A DNA stretch of 63,694 nt, filler included, from Chrysochromulina tobinii (lineage: Eukaryota), in NCBI GenBank assembly GCA_001275005.1. It is 5 parts of 5 records of this genome, joined end to end, with 100 filler letters (N's around TTAATTAATTAA, not from the genome) between each part and the next. Parts side by side here need not be neighbours in the genome. Positions count along the whole stretch, not along the records: positions 18,052 to 34,774 come from JWZX01000978.1; positions 34,875 to 43,036 come from JWZX01000982.1; 3 more parts are not named here. One strand, written 5' to 3'. Positions 29,553 through 40,330 of the stretch are shown here, in pieces. Each line of letters begins with the position of its first letter. Positions within the stretch are counted from its first letter, which is position 1. The notes under the pieces are model-generated. The model was not told the origin of the DNA. It ran no database searches and saw nothing but the letters and a program-made list of their open reading frames with translations. The position numbers and the translations under genes were made by a program.

Positions 29553-31919
29553 ATGCTCGCTCAACGCTTCCAGCCCACCTGCCGCCTGTTTGTATCTCGT
29601 GGCTCCTCACCGCTTCTGGACTGGCAGGTGAATGGCGAGGTTCGGCAACGGCCGGCTCCTGCGGGCCCCGGCTTTGTGCATGAGATGGTCGAAGGCAGCC
29701 CGGCCACACGCATTCAGTTGCCCAGCAAGGGCTCCGCACCGCTGGGCCTGCGCCATCAACGGCTGGTCCTCGACGTATGGGGCGATCCAATCTTGCCGTT
29801 CGCAGTGGAGGTGGTCGTGTGCGATGCCGGCGGAGTCACACGCACCGTGACGCTCTCACGAGACTGCATGGCGCCCGAGATGACCCACGGCAGCCCGAAG
29901 GCGAAGCTGCCGCTCGCTCCGCCGGCTGGCGTCGTGCTGGTCGGTGCGGGCTGGCGCATCGTAGATTTGGATCTGGCTGATCTCATCCCTCGAGCCTTTG
30001 ATGGGGCCGTCTACAAGCAGCTGGACGGCATCGCGGTCGTGGGCGCGTGCATGCTGCGCACCATCGACGCCCGCGCCGAGTCGCCACCCGTGTTCCTCGT
30101 TGCTGATCACGTGCCGCTCGTGCCGCACTACACAGCGCCGGGCCTGCCGAGGGTTGCCGCCGCCGTGTACGCGGCCGTCAAGGGCGAACAGGAGGACGCT
30201 GACTTTGGCGACAAAGCGTACGCCGAGACGACGCTCTCGTTCGCGTCGACGCCACGGTCGGGGAGCGCTCTCAGCTGGCAAGGAGCGGCGAAGAAGCTCG
30301 GCTCGAAGAAGCTGGCGGCGGCGATGCTCCGCCCGTCGAGCGGCCGGCGACACGGCGACCCGCGCACCCATTCGACGGGCGGCTTCGAGGACGTCCACCC
30401 TGCTCACTACCGTCGAGAGACGAGGCTGCCCGACGGCAAATTTGTGCCCGACACGGCGGCCGTGACGCGCTCAGGGGTCGCCGCGGCCCGGGAGCTGTGC
30501 ATGCGGCTGCGGCGGGGCGATGCGCCGCCGACGGTCGACATGACTGGCGTCGTGATCGGCGAGGGCGGCACCAAGCTGCTCACGAGCGCGCTGGCCTCCA
30601 GGCTCGCCTTGAGTGTGCGCAGCCTCACGCTCGCGTTCAACAACCTCGGCGACCGCGGCGCCGCGCTGCTCGCGAGCAGCTTGCGCGCCAACTTCACCCT
30701 GACCGAGCTCGATCTGCAGGGGTGCGCCATCGGCACGGCCGGCGGCGTCGCGCTCGCAGGCGCCGTTGAGGTCGGCTGCCCGCGCCTGGGGACGCTCGTC
30801 CTCGCCCGGAACGCGATGGGCGCCGCCGGCGTGGCGGCGCTCGTGCGCGCGGCCGCCGTGCACACCGGCCTGACGCTGCTCGATCTCGAGCGCACGGGAG
30901 GGGCGATGGGGTTGCGCGCCCTCTTCCGGCAGGGTGACGAGGTGCGCTTCGAGGCACCCCCATCGCCCCCCCTTGCGCACCCGAGCGCTCGCGACGGCGC
31001 GGCGGCCGATCCGCTCAGGACGACGCTCGACTGGGGAGCGCGCGCGCGCATCGTGCACGTGCGTACCGGGCGCCCCGTGCCCCGCCTCGACGACGGGCCG
31101 GCACACGACGGCCAGCGCACGCGGCTTCTCGGGCTGCGAGAGGAGATCATCGGCCGAAGGGTTCACGTGCGCGTGGCGGGCCGAGCGGCCGTCATGGGCG
31201 CCTTTGTCAACGTGGCGACGAACGAGGCGCTCGAGGCGCTCCGCGAGACGCTGCTACGCCCCGTGCGCGCGCTGCGCACCCTTCGCCTGGGCGGCAACCC
31301 GTTTGGCGCCGCCGCCCGAGATGAGCTCAAACGGGTGCTCTCCGCCGGCCCGAACGGCGCCAAGGGCCTCGCTCTCCAATTCCAAGTCCATGACGGCTCT
31401 GCGATCGTGCCCGCGGCGGCGCCGCCGACCGTCGCGGGCGCGCCGGAGGCGGAGGTGGCGGCATCAGCCGCCGCGGCGCGGGCCGCGGCCGCGGCGCCGT
31501 CGGACACGGAGGAGGCGGTGGCCGAGCGCGAGGCGCGGCGCTTTCTTGCGGAGCAGCGGCGTAAGGTGGCGGCGGAGCGACGGCAGGAGCAGCAGCAGCG
31601 GCGCGAACGCCAGCAGACGATCGAGGCTCTCTTTCCCGAGATCGAGCTGCAGCGCGAGCAGCTGCAGCGCACCGGTACGTGGGCGCCGGAACCGTCGCTC
31701 ATTGGTGAGGGCGACGCAGCCGACGACAACGAGGCCGAGCAGCCGGCGCAGGACGCGTGGACTGAGATGGACGCTTATCTCGATGAGTACCTCGAGGCGG
31801 ATGCGGAGCCGCAGCCAAAGCTCGCTGGCAGCCTGCCCGATGGCCTCTCCAAGTCGTCCCTGCTCTTGGCGACGGCGTCGATGAGCAAGGCGAGGGTGTT
31901 CTCGTTCGCCGAGGATTAG
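29553..31919 (+). CDS. CFAP20-like (DUF667) domain + RNI-like LRR + coiled-coil protein
   Basis: N-terminal GSSPLLDW...LGLRHQRLVLDV...FAVEVVV...GWRIVDLDLADL. LRRs LTLAFNNLGDRGA, LDLQGCAIG, LVLARNAMG. Confidence 0.78.
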   Translation: MLAQRFQPTCRLFVSRGSSPLLDWQVNGEVRQRPAPAGPGFVHEMVEGSPATRIQLPSKGSAPLGLRHQRLVLDVWGDPILPFAVEVVVCDAGGVTRTVTLSRDCMAPEMTHGSPKAKLPLAPPAGVVLVGAGWRIVDLDLADLIPRAFDGAVYKQLDGIAVVGACMLRTIDARAESPPVFLVADHVPLVPHYTAPGLPRVAAAVYAAVKGEQEDADFGDKAYAETTLSFASTPRSGSALSWQGAAKKLGSKKLAAAMLRPSSGRRHGDPRTHSTGGFEDVHPAHYRRETRLPDGKFVPDTAAVTRSGVAAARELCMRLRRGDAPPTVDMTGVVIGEGGTKLLTSALASRLALSVRSLTLAFNNLGDRGAALLASSLRANFTLTELDLQGCAIGTAGGVALAGAVEVGCPRLGTLVLARNAMGAAGVAALVRAAAVHTGLTLLDLERTGGAMGLRALFRQGDEVRFEAPPSPPLAHPSARDGAAADPLRTTLDWGARARIVHVRTGRPVPRLDDGPAHDGQRTRLLGLREEIIGRRVHVRVAGRAAVMGAFVNVATNEALEALRETLLRPVRALRTLRLGGNPFGAAARDELKRVLSAGPNGAKGLALQFQVHDGSAIVPAAAPPTVAGAPEAEVAASAAAARAAAAAPSDTEEAVAEREARRFLAEQRRKVAAERRQEQQQRRERQQTIEALFPEIELQREQLQRTGTWAPEPSLIGEGDAADDNEAEQPAQDAWTEMDAYLDEYLEADAEPQPKLAGSLPDGLSKSSLLLATASMSKARVFSFAED

Positions 31920-32073
31920 AGTTACAGTCGTTCCGCGCGATAATGAAAATTGAGGGGACAGCGCGTGAAAAATCTGTATGCGAGGTGTTGCCCTTCACGC
32001 TTTGAGTTTGGTCGTGCGTGTGGTGCTGTTGTGAATGAAGAACGCCTGAGTCTGTTGCGCAGCCAGGGCCACA

Positions 32074-33516
32074 ATGGCACCTAAGCCTAAGGAGCCGGAG
32101 CCGCCACCTCCGCCCCCTCCCGCGCCTCCGGCGACGTCATGGGAGGATGAGTGGGAGTCCGAGGAAGTCGTTTCCTCGATCGTGGACGAGCTGGTCGTCG
32201 GTGCCGAGGAGGTGCTCGCGCAGAAGGCCCTCCGGGCTGCCGTGGCCCCTTTTACTGCGGACCGCATTTTTGCCAAGATGCGAGCGGCGATCGAGTGCAG
32301 GTTCGTCGACCACGACGCGGGCGAGCCTGAGTTGGCATCCGCGCCCAATTGGAAGGTGGGCGCGGAGCCTGTGCCCGCGCTCATCGACGCATGGTCGCGA
32401 GGGGCCGTGCCCGCCAAGAAGCCGGCGCCCATGAGCCAGCCCGCCGGCGAGTCGCTCTCGAGCACGGATCCGCCGGGCTCGCCGCGTGCAAAGACGCCGG
32501 CCGGGAGCGTGCGCGGCGAGGCACGCGAGCGCGTGCCCGATTACCTGCCGCTGCCTGACCCCAAGGGCCCCGTCTTCATCGCCAAGCTGCCGCCGGGCAC
32601 CGTGATCGTCAAGCCGGAGAAGAAGCCGCCGGTCGTGACGGCGACCGAGAAGCTGCGGCGGCGACTTGAGGCGGAGGCGCGCGAGGAGAGGGCGAAGCTC
32701 GCCCAGCTCGAGCTCGACCTCAAGGCGCGCCAGTTTGTCTACGCCGCGCCCTCGAACGTCATCGTGCTCGAGGAGATGCAGCCTGACAAGCTCCCTGCCT
32801 TTCAGCAGCAGCCAAAGCTCGGCATCGCGGGCCAGCGCGGAGGGACAGCAGCGCCCTCGGCCGCGACGCCGTCCAAGGGCAAAAAGGGGGAGGCGCCTGC
32901 CAAAAAGGGGAGCAAGCTCGAGTTTGGAGGCAAGGCCACCTTCAAGCAGCTCGACTCTCTGCAGCCGCCGCTTCTCGAAAGTATGGACGTTAGGGAGGGC
33001 GTGCTGCTCAAGCAGGGACCTGCCGGTCAAGAGGCGACCAAGGGCGGCGAGGCGCGCATCTTCGACGGCGAGCGCATGTCGAAGACCGCCTTCGAGCAGG
33101 CGCTGAGCAACCCAGGGGGCTTCAAGCGCCGCGCCGCGCCTCCGAAAGAGGATCCAGCTGGCGGCGCCCCCGACCCGACGCTCGGGAATACTGGACCTCC
33201 GCCCACGACGGTGCCCACGCCCGACAGCCCAGGCAGCCAGGTGGTCGCAAGACGCCCACCGCACATGCCCAATTCGCCCGGTCCCGAGGAGAAGCACGGC
33301 ACAAAGAACGCCCACACGCGCGAGCGCGGCGGGATGCCCATCAATGATCGGCTGCCACCGCCCGCGCTCGGCGCGACCACGGGGCATGGGCAGGGCTTGC
33401 CCTACTGCGGCCAACAGCTGACCTCCTCGTCGGTCGGTGGCGTCCCGCGCTCGCTCACGGCGAGCGAGACACTCCGGGTGACCAACGCCGAAGCGCTCCG
33501 CGGCTTAGTGGACTAG
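32074..33516 (+). CDS. Hypothetical protein with DUF4639/C2orf81-like N-terminal domain
   Basis: DHDAGEP...W...EPVPALIDAWSRGAVP motif after a helical N-terminus. Long ORF with coding-like codon use. Confidence 0.7.
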   Translation: MAPKPKEPEPPPPPPPAPPATSWEDEWESEEVVSSIVDELVVGAEEVLAQKALRAAVAPFTADRIFAKMRAAIECRFVDHDAGEPELASAPNWKVGAEPVPALIDAWSRGAVPAKKPAPMSQPAGESLSSTDPPGSPRAKTPAGSVRGEARERVPDYLPLPDPKGPVFIAKLPPGTVIVKPEKKPPVVTATEKLRRRLEAEAREERAKLAQLELDLKARQFVYAAPSNVIVLEEMQPDKLPAFQQQPKLGIAGQRGGTAAPSAATPSKGKKGEAPAKKGSKLEFGGKATFKQLDSLQPPLLESMDVREGVLLKQGPAGQEATKGGEARIFDGERMSKTAFEQALSNPGGFKRRAAPPKEDPAGGAPDPTLGNTGPPPTTVPTPDSPGSQVVARRPPHMPNSPGPEEKHGTKNAHTRERGGMPINDRLPPPALGATTGHGQGLPYCGQQLTSSSVGGVPRSLTASETLRVTNAEALRGLVD

Positions 33517-33957
33517 AGACGAGGCACTCAGCTCGTGAGTCGCGGCTCGGCCTGTCTCAGCGAGAGGGTCTATGCGGGGTGTGATCTGAGTGTCTATGGG
33601 TGTGATTGCATGCCGCTGCACTTACAACTTCACCACCATAAACTTATGCATAAACTAAGCGATAGCCACACACCACCGCTTAGATATAAAAATTAGACCC
33701 GCCATTGAGACCTGCGGTGCGCCGCTATCGGCAGAACATTCTCGGAGCTGCGTGGGGAGAGACGCGGAGCTCTCCGCCGCGCGCGATAGACGCGAAGCCT
33801 TCGATGACATAAGCGAGTCGGCTGCTGAAAAGCCGATCGCCAAAGATGAGGCTCGTACCGACGGGGATCTGCATGCCCCGTGTGATGATGTGCCATTCGG
33901 CGCAACTCTACGCGAATGTCGCCCTCATCGAGAGCTCATACGTTCAAATCCTGATCT

Positions 33958-34236
33958 TCACTTTGCGCCTTTCTTCTTCGGTGCTGCAGCAGGCTCCGCT
34001 TTGCCCTTCGGTGGCGGCGCCTCGGGCTCCTTCTTTGGTGGGCCCTTGGGCCCCTTCTCGTCAGCGCCGCTCTTCTTCTTCGGCCCCGCCCCAGGCTTCT
34101 TATCGCCCGCGATAATGCTCGCGCACCTAGCGCCATTGTGCACAGAAGAGAGCGCGTGCACGGGTGACAGGACGAGGCCCGCGGCGGGCGCCACGAAGAG
34201 AGCGGCCAGGAAGAGCAACGCCGCGCGCGTCATCAT
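33958..34236 (-). CDS. Small Lys/Pro-rich protein with signal peptide (possibly plastid-targeted)
   Basis: MMTRAALLFLAALFVAPAAG leader, a transit-like stretch, then GDKKPGAGPKKK...PKKKGAK. Confidence 0.6.
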   Translation of the reverse strand: MMTRAALLFLAALFVAPAAGLVLSPVHALSSVHNGARCASIIAGDKKPGAGPKKKSGADEKGPKGPPKKEPEAPPPKGKAEPAAAPKKKGAK

Positions 34237-34529
34237 GATGAATCCGACTCGTGGACGACCCTTTCGAGCTTTGTTTACCGAAATCGGCACCATCTGCAAA
34301 CGCACCCAGCCCCTCTTTTCTCATTGTGAATGGGGGCTCCCCCGCGGCGCCGGGCCGACTCCCCTGTGGGGAAAACGGGGAGGAGTGAAACGCACCATGT
34401 CCGCAATGATTTCGTCAAGAGATCTCCACGCCACCTCACAACGATCTAAATGTCAAACATAACTACAAAATTTAATATAAAAGTCATCTGAACTACGGAA
34501 GGCTACACACCAGATCAACAGGCCAGATC

Positions 34530-34774
34530 TCACGACCTCTCGCCACCCCGCTCCCGTAGCCTCTTGGCGCGCTGACCCAACGGCTCCGTTTCCTCATCCG
34601 ACTCCCATGATCCCCCCTGCCCCTCACCCAGCCGAGCATGATCGCCCCCCTGGCCTTCCAGCTGGAACCCCGCATTCCGCTCCTCGTCCCACAGCTCGTC
34701 CCAGAGGAGCTCCCCGTCGACGTCGTACCGGATCTGGTAGCAGAGCGCGTCATCCCGGGTAGCGTCGTAGGCTA
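34530..34774 (-). CDS. 3' fragment of a gene cut by the gap, Tudor-like motif (not in the ORF track)
   Basis: Open frame AYDATRDDALCYQIRYDVDGELLWDELWDEE...RAKRLRERGGERS*, followed by an AT-rich 3' region. Confidence 0.45.
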
Positions 34775-34874
34775 NNNNNNNNNNNNNNNNNNNNNNNNNN
34801 NNNNNNNNNNNNNNNNNNTTAATTAATTAANNNNNNNNNNNNNNNNNNNNNNNNNNNNNNNNNNNNNNNNNNNN
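34775..34874. other. Artificial contig linker
   Basis: N44-TTAATTAATTAA-N44. Confidence 0.97.
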
Positions 34875-37263
34875 CCACCGCCCTCGCCACCGCCTCCATC
34901 GCCATCTCCGCCGCCGCCACCGTCACCCTCGCCTCCGCCGCCTCCGCCGCCGCCAGACCCGTGCGGCGAGTTGGCTTCCAACGTGTGCGCTGGCCAGCCG
35001 TGCTACTTTGATGCGCAGTGCCTGGCGACGAGCACCGTCGATAACGGTGTCGGCTGCGGTGCTGGCGGCTACCTCAGCTGCCGCGCCTGCTACGTCGATG
35101 CCTACAACTCGATTCTCGCAGAGTGCCCCGAGCTACCGTCACCGCCGCCCTCGCCGCTGTCTCCACCACAGCCGCCGCCGCCACCTGCGCCGCCGTCCCC
35201 GTCAGTGCCAGGGGCGATCACGATCACTACGTACCAGGTGGTGATCGGCTTCGTCGCCGCAGAGCCAATCGAGACCTTCACGCCGGGCCGGCTGAACAAC
35301 ATCTCCGTCTCCGTCGCAGCCGAGGCGGACGTGGACCCGAGCAATGTCAACGTGGCAGCGAGCGCAGCGTCCACCCAGGTGAACATCGTCATCACCACGC
35401 CGACGGCGAGTGTGACTGCCACCGTCAAGGAAACCCTCACCCGGTCCGCGTTCGCGGACGCGTCCGCGGCAAGCTCCTTCCTTGGGGTCACGGTGACGTC
35501 CGCACCCACCATCGCCACTCAGACTATCGTCACAGTCATCCCCCCCACTAGGAGTTCCGGGCTCTCCGTGCCAGATGCCGGCGCCGGCAGTACGCTTACA
35601 CTGGCGATCGCCGTCGGCGCCGGCTCGCTGGTGGGCGGGATTGCACTCATAATGCTGGTGATCTGCTGCAGGAAACGGGGCAAGAAAACGGGCCGCGCCG
35701 GCACCACCCGCGGCCAGTCCATCCGCAATCTCTTTGGCAGCTCGCGAGCGCGGGTGGGCTTCGGCGGGAGCTCGAGGATGTCCGACGAGAGAGGGGTGGC
35801 CACCTCAGGCATTGCGCTGGAAGAGGATTTCGACATTGTGAAGGCCGCGCGACCCGTCAGGGATCTGGGAGCCGAGCGCACCATCGATATTGTGAAGAAG
35901 GACAAACCTTCCGTGGCTGCCTTCGCCTCGACGACCTTCAAAAACACCCTAGACCCAACAAAGAACAATCTGCTCTCATCGATGCCGACCGACATGACTC
36001 CTCGTGCGGCCCAAGTCGTTTTGCCGCGTCAACCAGATGATCATGCAGGCGACCAGTTCAAGCAAGATCAAGCCCATCCCGTGGAATGACCTCGAGATCC
36101 TCGAGAAGCTGGGTGAGGGCACCTTTGGCACCGTGCACGCGTGCTCGTTCAAGGCGACGCCTTGCGCGGTCAAGCAGCTGCGCGACGACAGGGAGTCTTC
36201 GGCGGCGCTGCTGGCCGACATGCTGAAGGAGCACGACACCATGATGACTCTGCGCCACCCGAACGTGGTGCTCATGCTCGGCATCGCCACCGACAACATG
36301 CAGCGCGTGGGCATCGTGCTCGAGCTGCTCGAAGTCTCGCTGGCCGAGTTCCTGCACGACAGCAGCGGGTACGTGGAGCACCGCACCTGGCGCGCCTCGC
36401 TCCTCTCGATCGCGAGCGACGTGGCCAAGGGCGTCGCGTACCTGCACTTCAACAACTTGCTACACCGTGACCTCAAGCCAGGCAACGTGCTGCTCTCAGA
36501 CTCGTGGGTTGCCAAGGTGGCCGACTTCGGCTCGTCCGCCAAGGGCAAGTCCGGCTTTGCCGCCGAGGGCGAGGGGATCCACGGCACGCCGCCGTACATG
36601 GCACCCGAGGTGGCGCGTGGCGAGACCCACTCGGCGGCGCTCGACGTGTGGTCGTTTGGGTGCCTGCTCGTGCACATGGCGACGCTGCGCCCGCCGTACT
36701 ACGCGCTCAAGTGCAAGACCGCGATGGGCATCGTGCGCGTGGTGCAGCGCGGCGATGTCTCTCCGGTGCAGGTGCTCCTCGACGACGCCGAGCGGCGCCA
36801 GTTCAAGTGCCCAGCCAGCATCCTCGCCCTTGCCAAGCAGTGCTGCCAGCAGGACACGAGGCAGAGGCCAGACATGCCCGCGATCGCGGGGGCGCTCGTG
36901 TCGCCCGCTATCCAGAACAGCATTCTCAAGGGTGCGTGCGAAACACGACCGCTTGTGCGACTGGTGCGCGGGGGTCCCCGCGCGGCCGTCTCCAGCGAAG
37001 GCACGCACGACGCCTCCAAGAGCGCTTACGACGGTTCGTTCGCACCTACCCCACATGCCGAGACTCCGCAGGCCGATGCGATTGCCCTTCCGGCGCCGGC
37101 GTGGCTACCTGCGCCCGCTTCGCTCCGCTGCAGCCCCGCGTACAAAGCGCCCAATTCGAAGTTCCGCAACCTTTCTAAGCAGAGCTTCGCAGGGGCGAAC
37201 ACGCCTTCGACCTGTGAAGGGGGGTGCCTTCGACCTGTGAAGGGGGGTGCCTTCGACCTGTGA
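34875..37263 (+). CDS. Receptor-like TKL kinase (Pro/Cys-rich ectodomain, TM, kinase); 5'-truncated, frame break near 36024
   Basis: TM LAIAVGAGSLVGGIALIMLVICCRKR. Kinase motifs GEGTFG, AVK, HPNVV, HRDLKPGN, DFG, GTPPYMAPE, DVWSFG lie in the overlapping +1 frame. Confidence 0.82.
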
Positions 37264-37293
37264 AGGGGGGTGCCTTTGACCTGTGAAGGGGGG
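37203..37293. repeat. 23-bp tandem repeat x4 across the kinase stop codon
   Basis: gccttcgacctgtgaaggggggt starts at 37203, 37226, 37249 and 37272. Confidence 0.92.
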
Positions 37294-38224
37294 CCACGCT
37301 GACACGACGACGAGCATCGTCGTCTTCGTGCGTAGGAGATGATGTGAATCTGGGGTGCCCCGTGTGTCGGAAGGTTGGCGTGTCGGAGTGCTGCTGCAAC
37401 CTGCTCCACCGCCAGGTAACCGCCAGGGACTTTTAGTCGTTAGGTGTCGTGCTAGTCGATCGTGCGAGTCGAGGGTTCTTGGCGTAGTGCCTGCAGGCTG
37501 CTAAGCCGCGGCCACGTCGGGGACGTCACTAAGTTCAAAATCAGGTAGTGGGGATAGTGTGTGAATCCACACCTCCGGTACCCAAATTTCGCCTTTGGGC
37601 GTCAAATCACAAAGAATCACAAAGAATCACACATAATCATAAATAGCTCAAACATACTTTATATCTTGACTGTGCGCGCACCGCGGGTTCGCTGAGGGCG
37701 TGCGTTTGTGCGACGTCGAGCCACACACATGTCGTGTGCCCATCCGCGCGACGCCGCCCGGCGCCGGCCCCCGCCCTCGCGCCTCGCGCGCCACACCGCC
37801 GGTGCCGCATGGGAATGGTCGTGGGCGTAGGCGCCGGGGTAGGTCTCGGCACGCAGGAAACTCTAAGGTAACTCCGCGTCAGTACCGTGTACGGTGTACC
37901 TCGGTATCAGGTAAGGACACGGAAACCCTAAGGACGCGGCTCTCGCGGGGAGGGGGACCGACCGGACACCGCGACAGCCGACAGCGACACGTGAGCTTAC
38001 GGTCGTGTTCGAGGTTGGCAGGTTGGAGGTTGCTTCGAGGACGAGGTTCCCCCGACTTTTGGACCGTAAGTGACAACTACGTTCCAAAATCTGACTATCA
38101 CTTGATAATTGTTCATGGAATCGTTGAAAACTTACATGTGCAACATGTTAATTAAATAGCGGGCAGAAAAGCCCATCCGAGTGAGCTGCTAAGCGCGTGC
38201 TGCTGCACACTTTCGCACGTCAAC

Positions 38225-38962
38225 TCAAAAACTATCGATGACCTCATCGGCAAATTGCTCGCTCACCGCGATCAGGTCCATGTTGAGCACGTCGTTGGCG
38301 TCGGCTCGTGCAGCAGCGCCCTCCTCGCCGACCCCCCAGCGCTTGGCCTTCTCGTCGTTCCAGGTCTCGAGGTGGCGCACGATGAGGCGGCGGCGCTGGG
38401 CGGCTCGATCGACGCACTTGACGAACCAGCGCTCGTCCCAGAGATCATCAAGAGGCTTCCAGCGAGGATCGTGCTGCATCAGCAGATAATTGCCCTCGAC
38501 GAGCACCAGCTTATGGGAGAGCTCGAGTCGCACGCCATCAGGGACCGGGTCAGAGAGCTCGCGCGAGTAGGTAGGCAGCACGCCTTCGCCTGCCGCTTTG
38601 GCCGCCTTGAATGCTTCATAGCATGCTTCTGCGTCAAAAGTCCAAGGTGCGCCACGGCGAGGCATGTAGCTTGCGGCATCTGGCGGATCAAGATTCTTGA
38701 GTTCCGCGCGCGAGTAGTGGAAGCCATCCATCGGAAGGACAACGCACGACCCAGGTGCCTTGGCGTTGACGCGCACGGCGACCGCTTCCGCCAGCGTCGA
38801 CTTGCCGCTGCCCGGCCCTCCGCCGATGCCCACCCACCAGGGCGTTCGATCGGCAGTCTCGAGTTTCGAAAGCAGGCGCGTCGCGAGGCGGTCGTACGTG
38901 GCGTGCATGGCGACATCGCTGACCAGCGCCGATGAGGCGGATGCGACGACGATCATTAGCAT
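38225..38962 (-). CDS. P-loop kinase, phosphoribulokinase/uridine/pantothenate kinase (YggC-like) family, with signal peptide
   Basis: GIGGGPGSGKST, LPMDGFHYSR, RRGAPWTFD, VEGNYLL. Confidence 0.88.
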   Translation of the reverse strand: MLMIVVASASSALVSDVAMHATYDRLATRLLSKLETADRTPWWVGIGGGPGSGKSTLAEAVAVRVNAKAPGSCVVLPMDGFHYSRAELKNLDPPDAASYMPRRGAPWTFDAEACYEAFKAAKAAGEGVLPTYSRELSDPVPDGVRLELSHKLVLVEGNYLLMQHDPRWKPLDDLWDERWFVKCVDRAAQRRRLIVRHLETWNDEKAKRWGVGEEGAAARADANDVLNMDLIAVSEQFADEVIDSF

Positions 38963-39140
38963 AGTTCGTGAAACACGCACACTTTTCACAAATGCTCGAC
39001 AGGTTCACAAAACAGTTTGCACAAACATGTGTGTGTCCGCGCGTGTTTCCCTTTTGTGTCCGGGCTCCCTCGCGACACCAGTCAATCCACAAATTCCGCA
39101 TGCCCCGACCTTCATTAGGGCGGCTCTCTCGACCCGCGTG

Positions 39141-40052
39141 ATGCCGCGCGGAGCAGCATTGAAAATGGCCTCGTGCTTCTCTGCAGCCGAGTGGGTGGCA
39201 ACACATAGCGCTCAACCTGGATGGCACAACTTTTCTCAAGGCTATCAGGACAGCGTGCTGATGTCACTCTGGAACAAGGGCCTGATCGGCCACAAAAGAG
39301 GCGGCACGTACGTGGAGTTTGGGTTTCACCTCAAGGACGTGACGGGCACTGCACACCAGCCTCCTACGCCCCGCCCGCTGAACTCGCCTCGTCATCTGAC
39401 ACCTAGAGAGCTGCCATCGTACGGCGCAAACTCCGAGATCCTCGCTCGGAACGGCTGGTCTGGCATTCGAATGGATGGCGATGAGAGCGCTGCACAGGCC
39501 ATCCCCAACCTGCACCTTGAGTTCATCACGGTCGAGACTATCGTCGCACTCTTCCGCAAGTATGGCGTGAACCAGGACGTCGACTATGTGAGCATTGACA
39601 TCGACTCGTGCGACCTGTGGGTTTTCCTTGCGCTGACCGATGTGTATCAGCCGCGTCTCATATCGATCGAGTACAACTCGCTCTACGCATTCAACGACTC
39701 TAGGACCAACATCTGTTCACGGCCGCAGGACGTCAGGCGCGATTTCTTTGGTCGGAAGCAGTATGGGCAGTTCTACTCCACAGCACTGCACGGCCACTGG
39801 CTCGATGGAGTTTCCCTCAAGGCGATCCACCTTGCGGCGCAGCGCCGTGGCTACACTGTGATCTGGGTGGAGACGCACCTGGACGTGTTCCTCGCTCGCT
39901 CTGATCTCTTGTGCCCTGAAACTGGCGTGGCTCTCGACACCTTTGCCGCAGACACGGGAATGGCCACGCATACTACGAAGAGTAATGCGCCGAGGGGTAG
40001 CGTGAACGAGCAAGAGGAGCTGCGCCGAAAGTGGACGGTCGAGTATGTTTGA
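39141..40052 (+). CDS. FkbM-like (Methyltransf_21-type) SAM-dependent methyltransferase
   Basis: FSQGYQD, YVEFGF, GWSGIRMDG, FITVETIVALF, DYVSIDIDSCDLWV, PRLISIEYN. Start uncertain. Confidence 0.8.
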   Translation: MPRGAALKMASCFSAAEWVATHSAQPGWHNFSQGYQDSVLMSLWNKGLIGHKRGGTYVEFGFHLKDVTGTAHQPPTPRPLNSPRHLTPRELPSYGANSEILARNGWSGIRMDGDESAAQAIPNLHLEFITVETIVALFRKYGVNQDVDYVSIDIDSCDLWVFLALTDVYQPRLISIEYNSLYAFNDSRTNICSRPQDVRRDFFGRKQYGQFYSTALHGHWLDGVSLKAIHLAAQRRGYTVIWVETHLDVFLARSDLLCPETGVALDTFAADTGMATHTTKSNAPRGSVNEQEELRRKWTVEYV

Positions 40053-40330
40053 GGAAGTCTGTCAGAATCTCAAAAAGTAGCGTAGCGTACCGGTATAACA
40101 ACCGCCTTAATGTGGGGCAACGCCACATATACATTGCACATATAACGTAGCCAATTGGAACTCACACTTGTATGGAGTATGGTGCCCACGGTCGGAGCTC
40201 AGAAAACACTCGCACCTGAGTACGCGCGTGCACACCTACCGGCTCCCCGTGTGTGTCCCGTGTGAATTCACACGAAACGACCACTCGAAGGTCGCCGACA
40301 CCTCGCGGAGTGTGGTGTGCCACGAACAAA

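Noticed and set aside
5201..33414. Many long antisense or overlapping ORFs (e.g. 5201..6397, 16254..17321, 26766..28238, 32137..33414)
   Set aside because: Expected shadows of high-GC3 coding sequence, with no recognisable motifs.
37203..37293. Palindromic 23-bp repeats resembling CRISPR repeats
   Set aside because: Head-to-tail with no spacers, no cas genes and a eukaryotic context.
38760..39140. N-terminal extension of the FkbM-like ORF
   Set aside because: It has a non-ATG start and overlaps the divergent kinase gene and the promoter.
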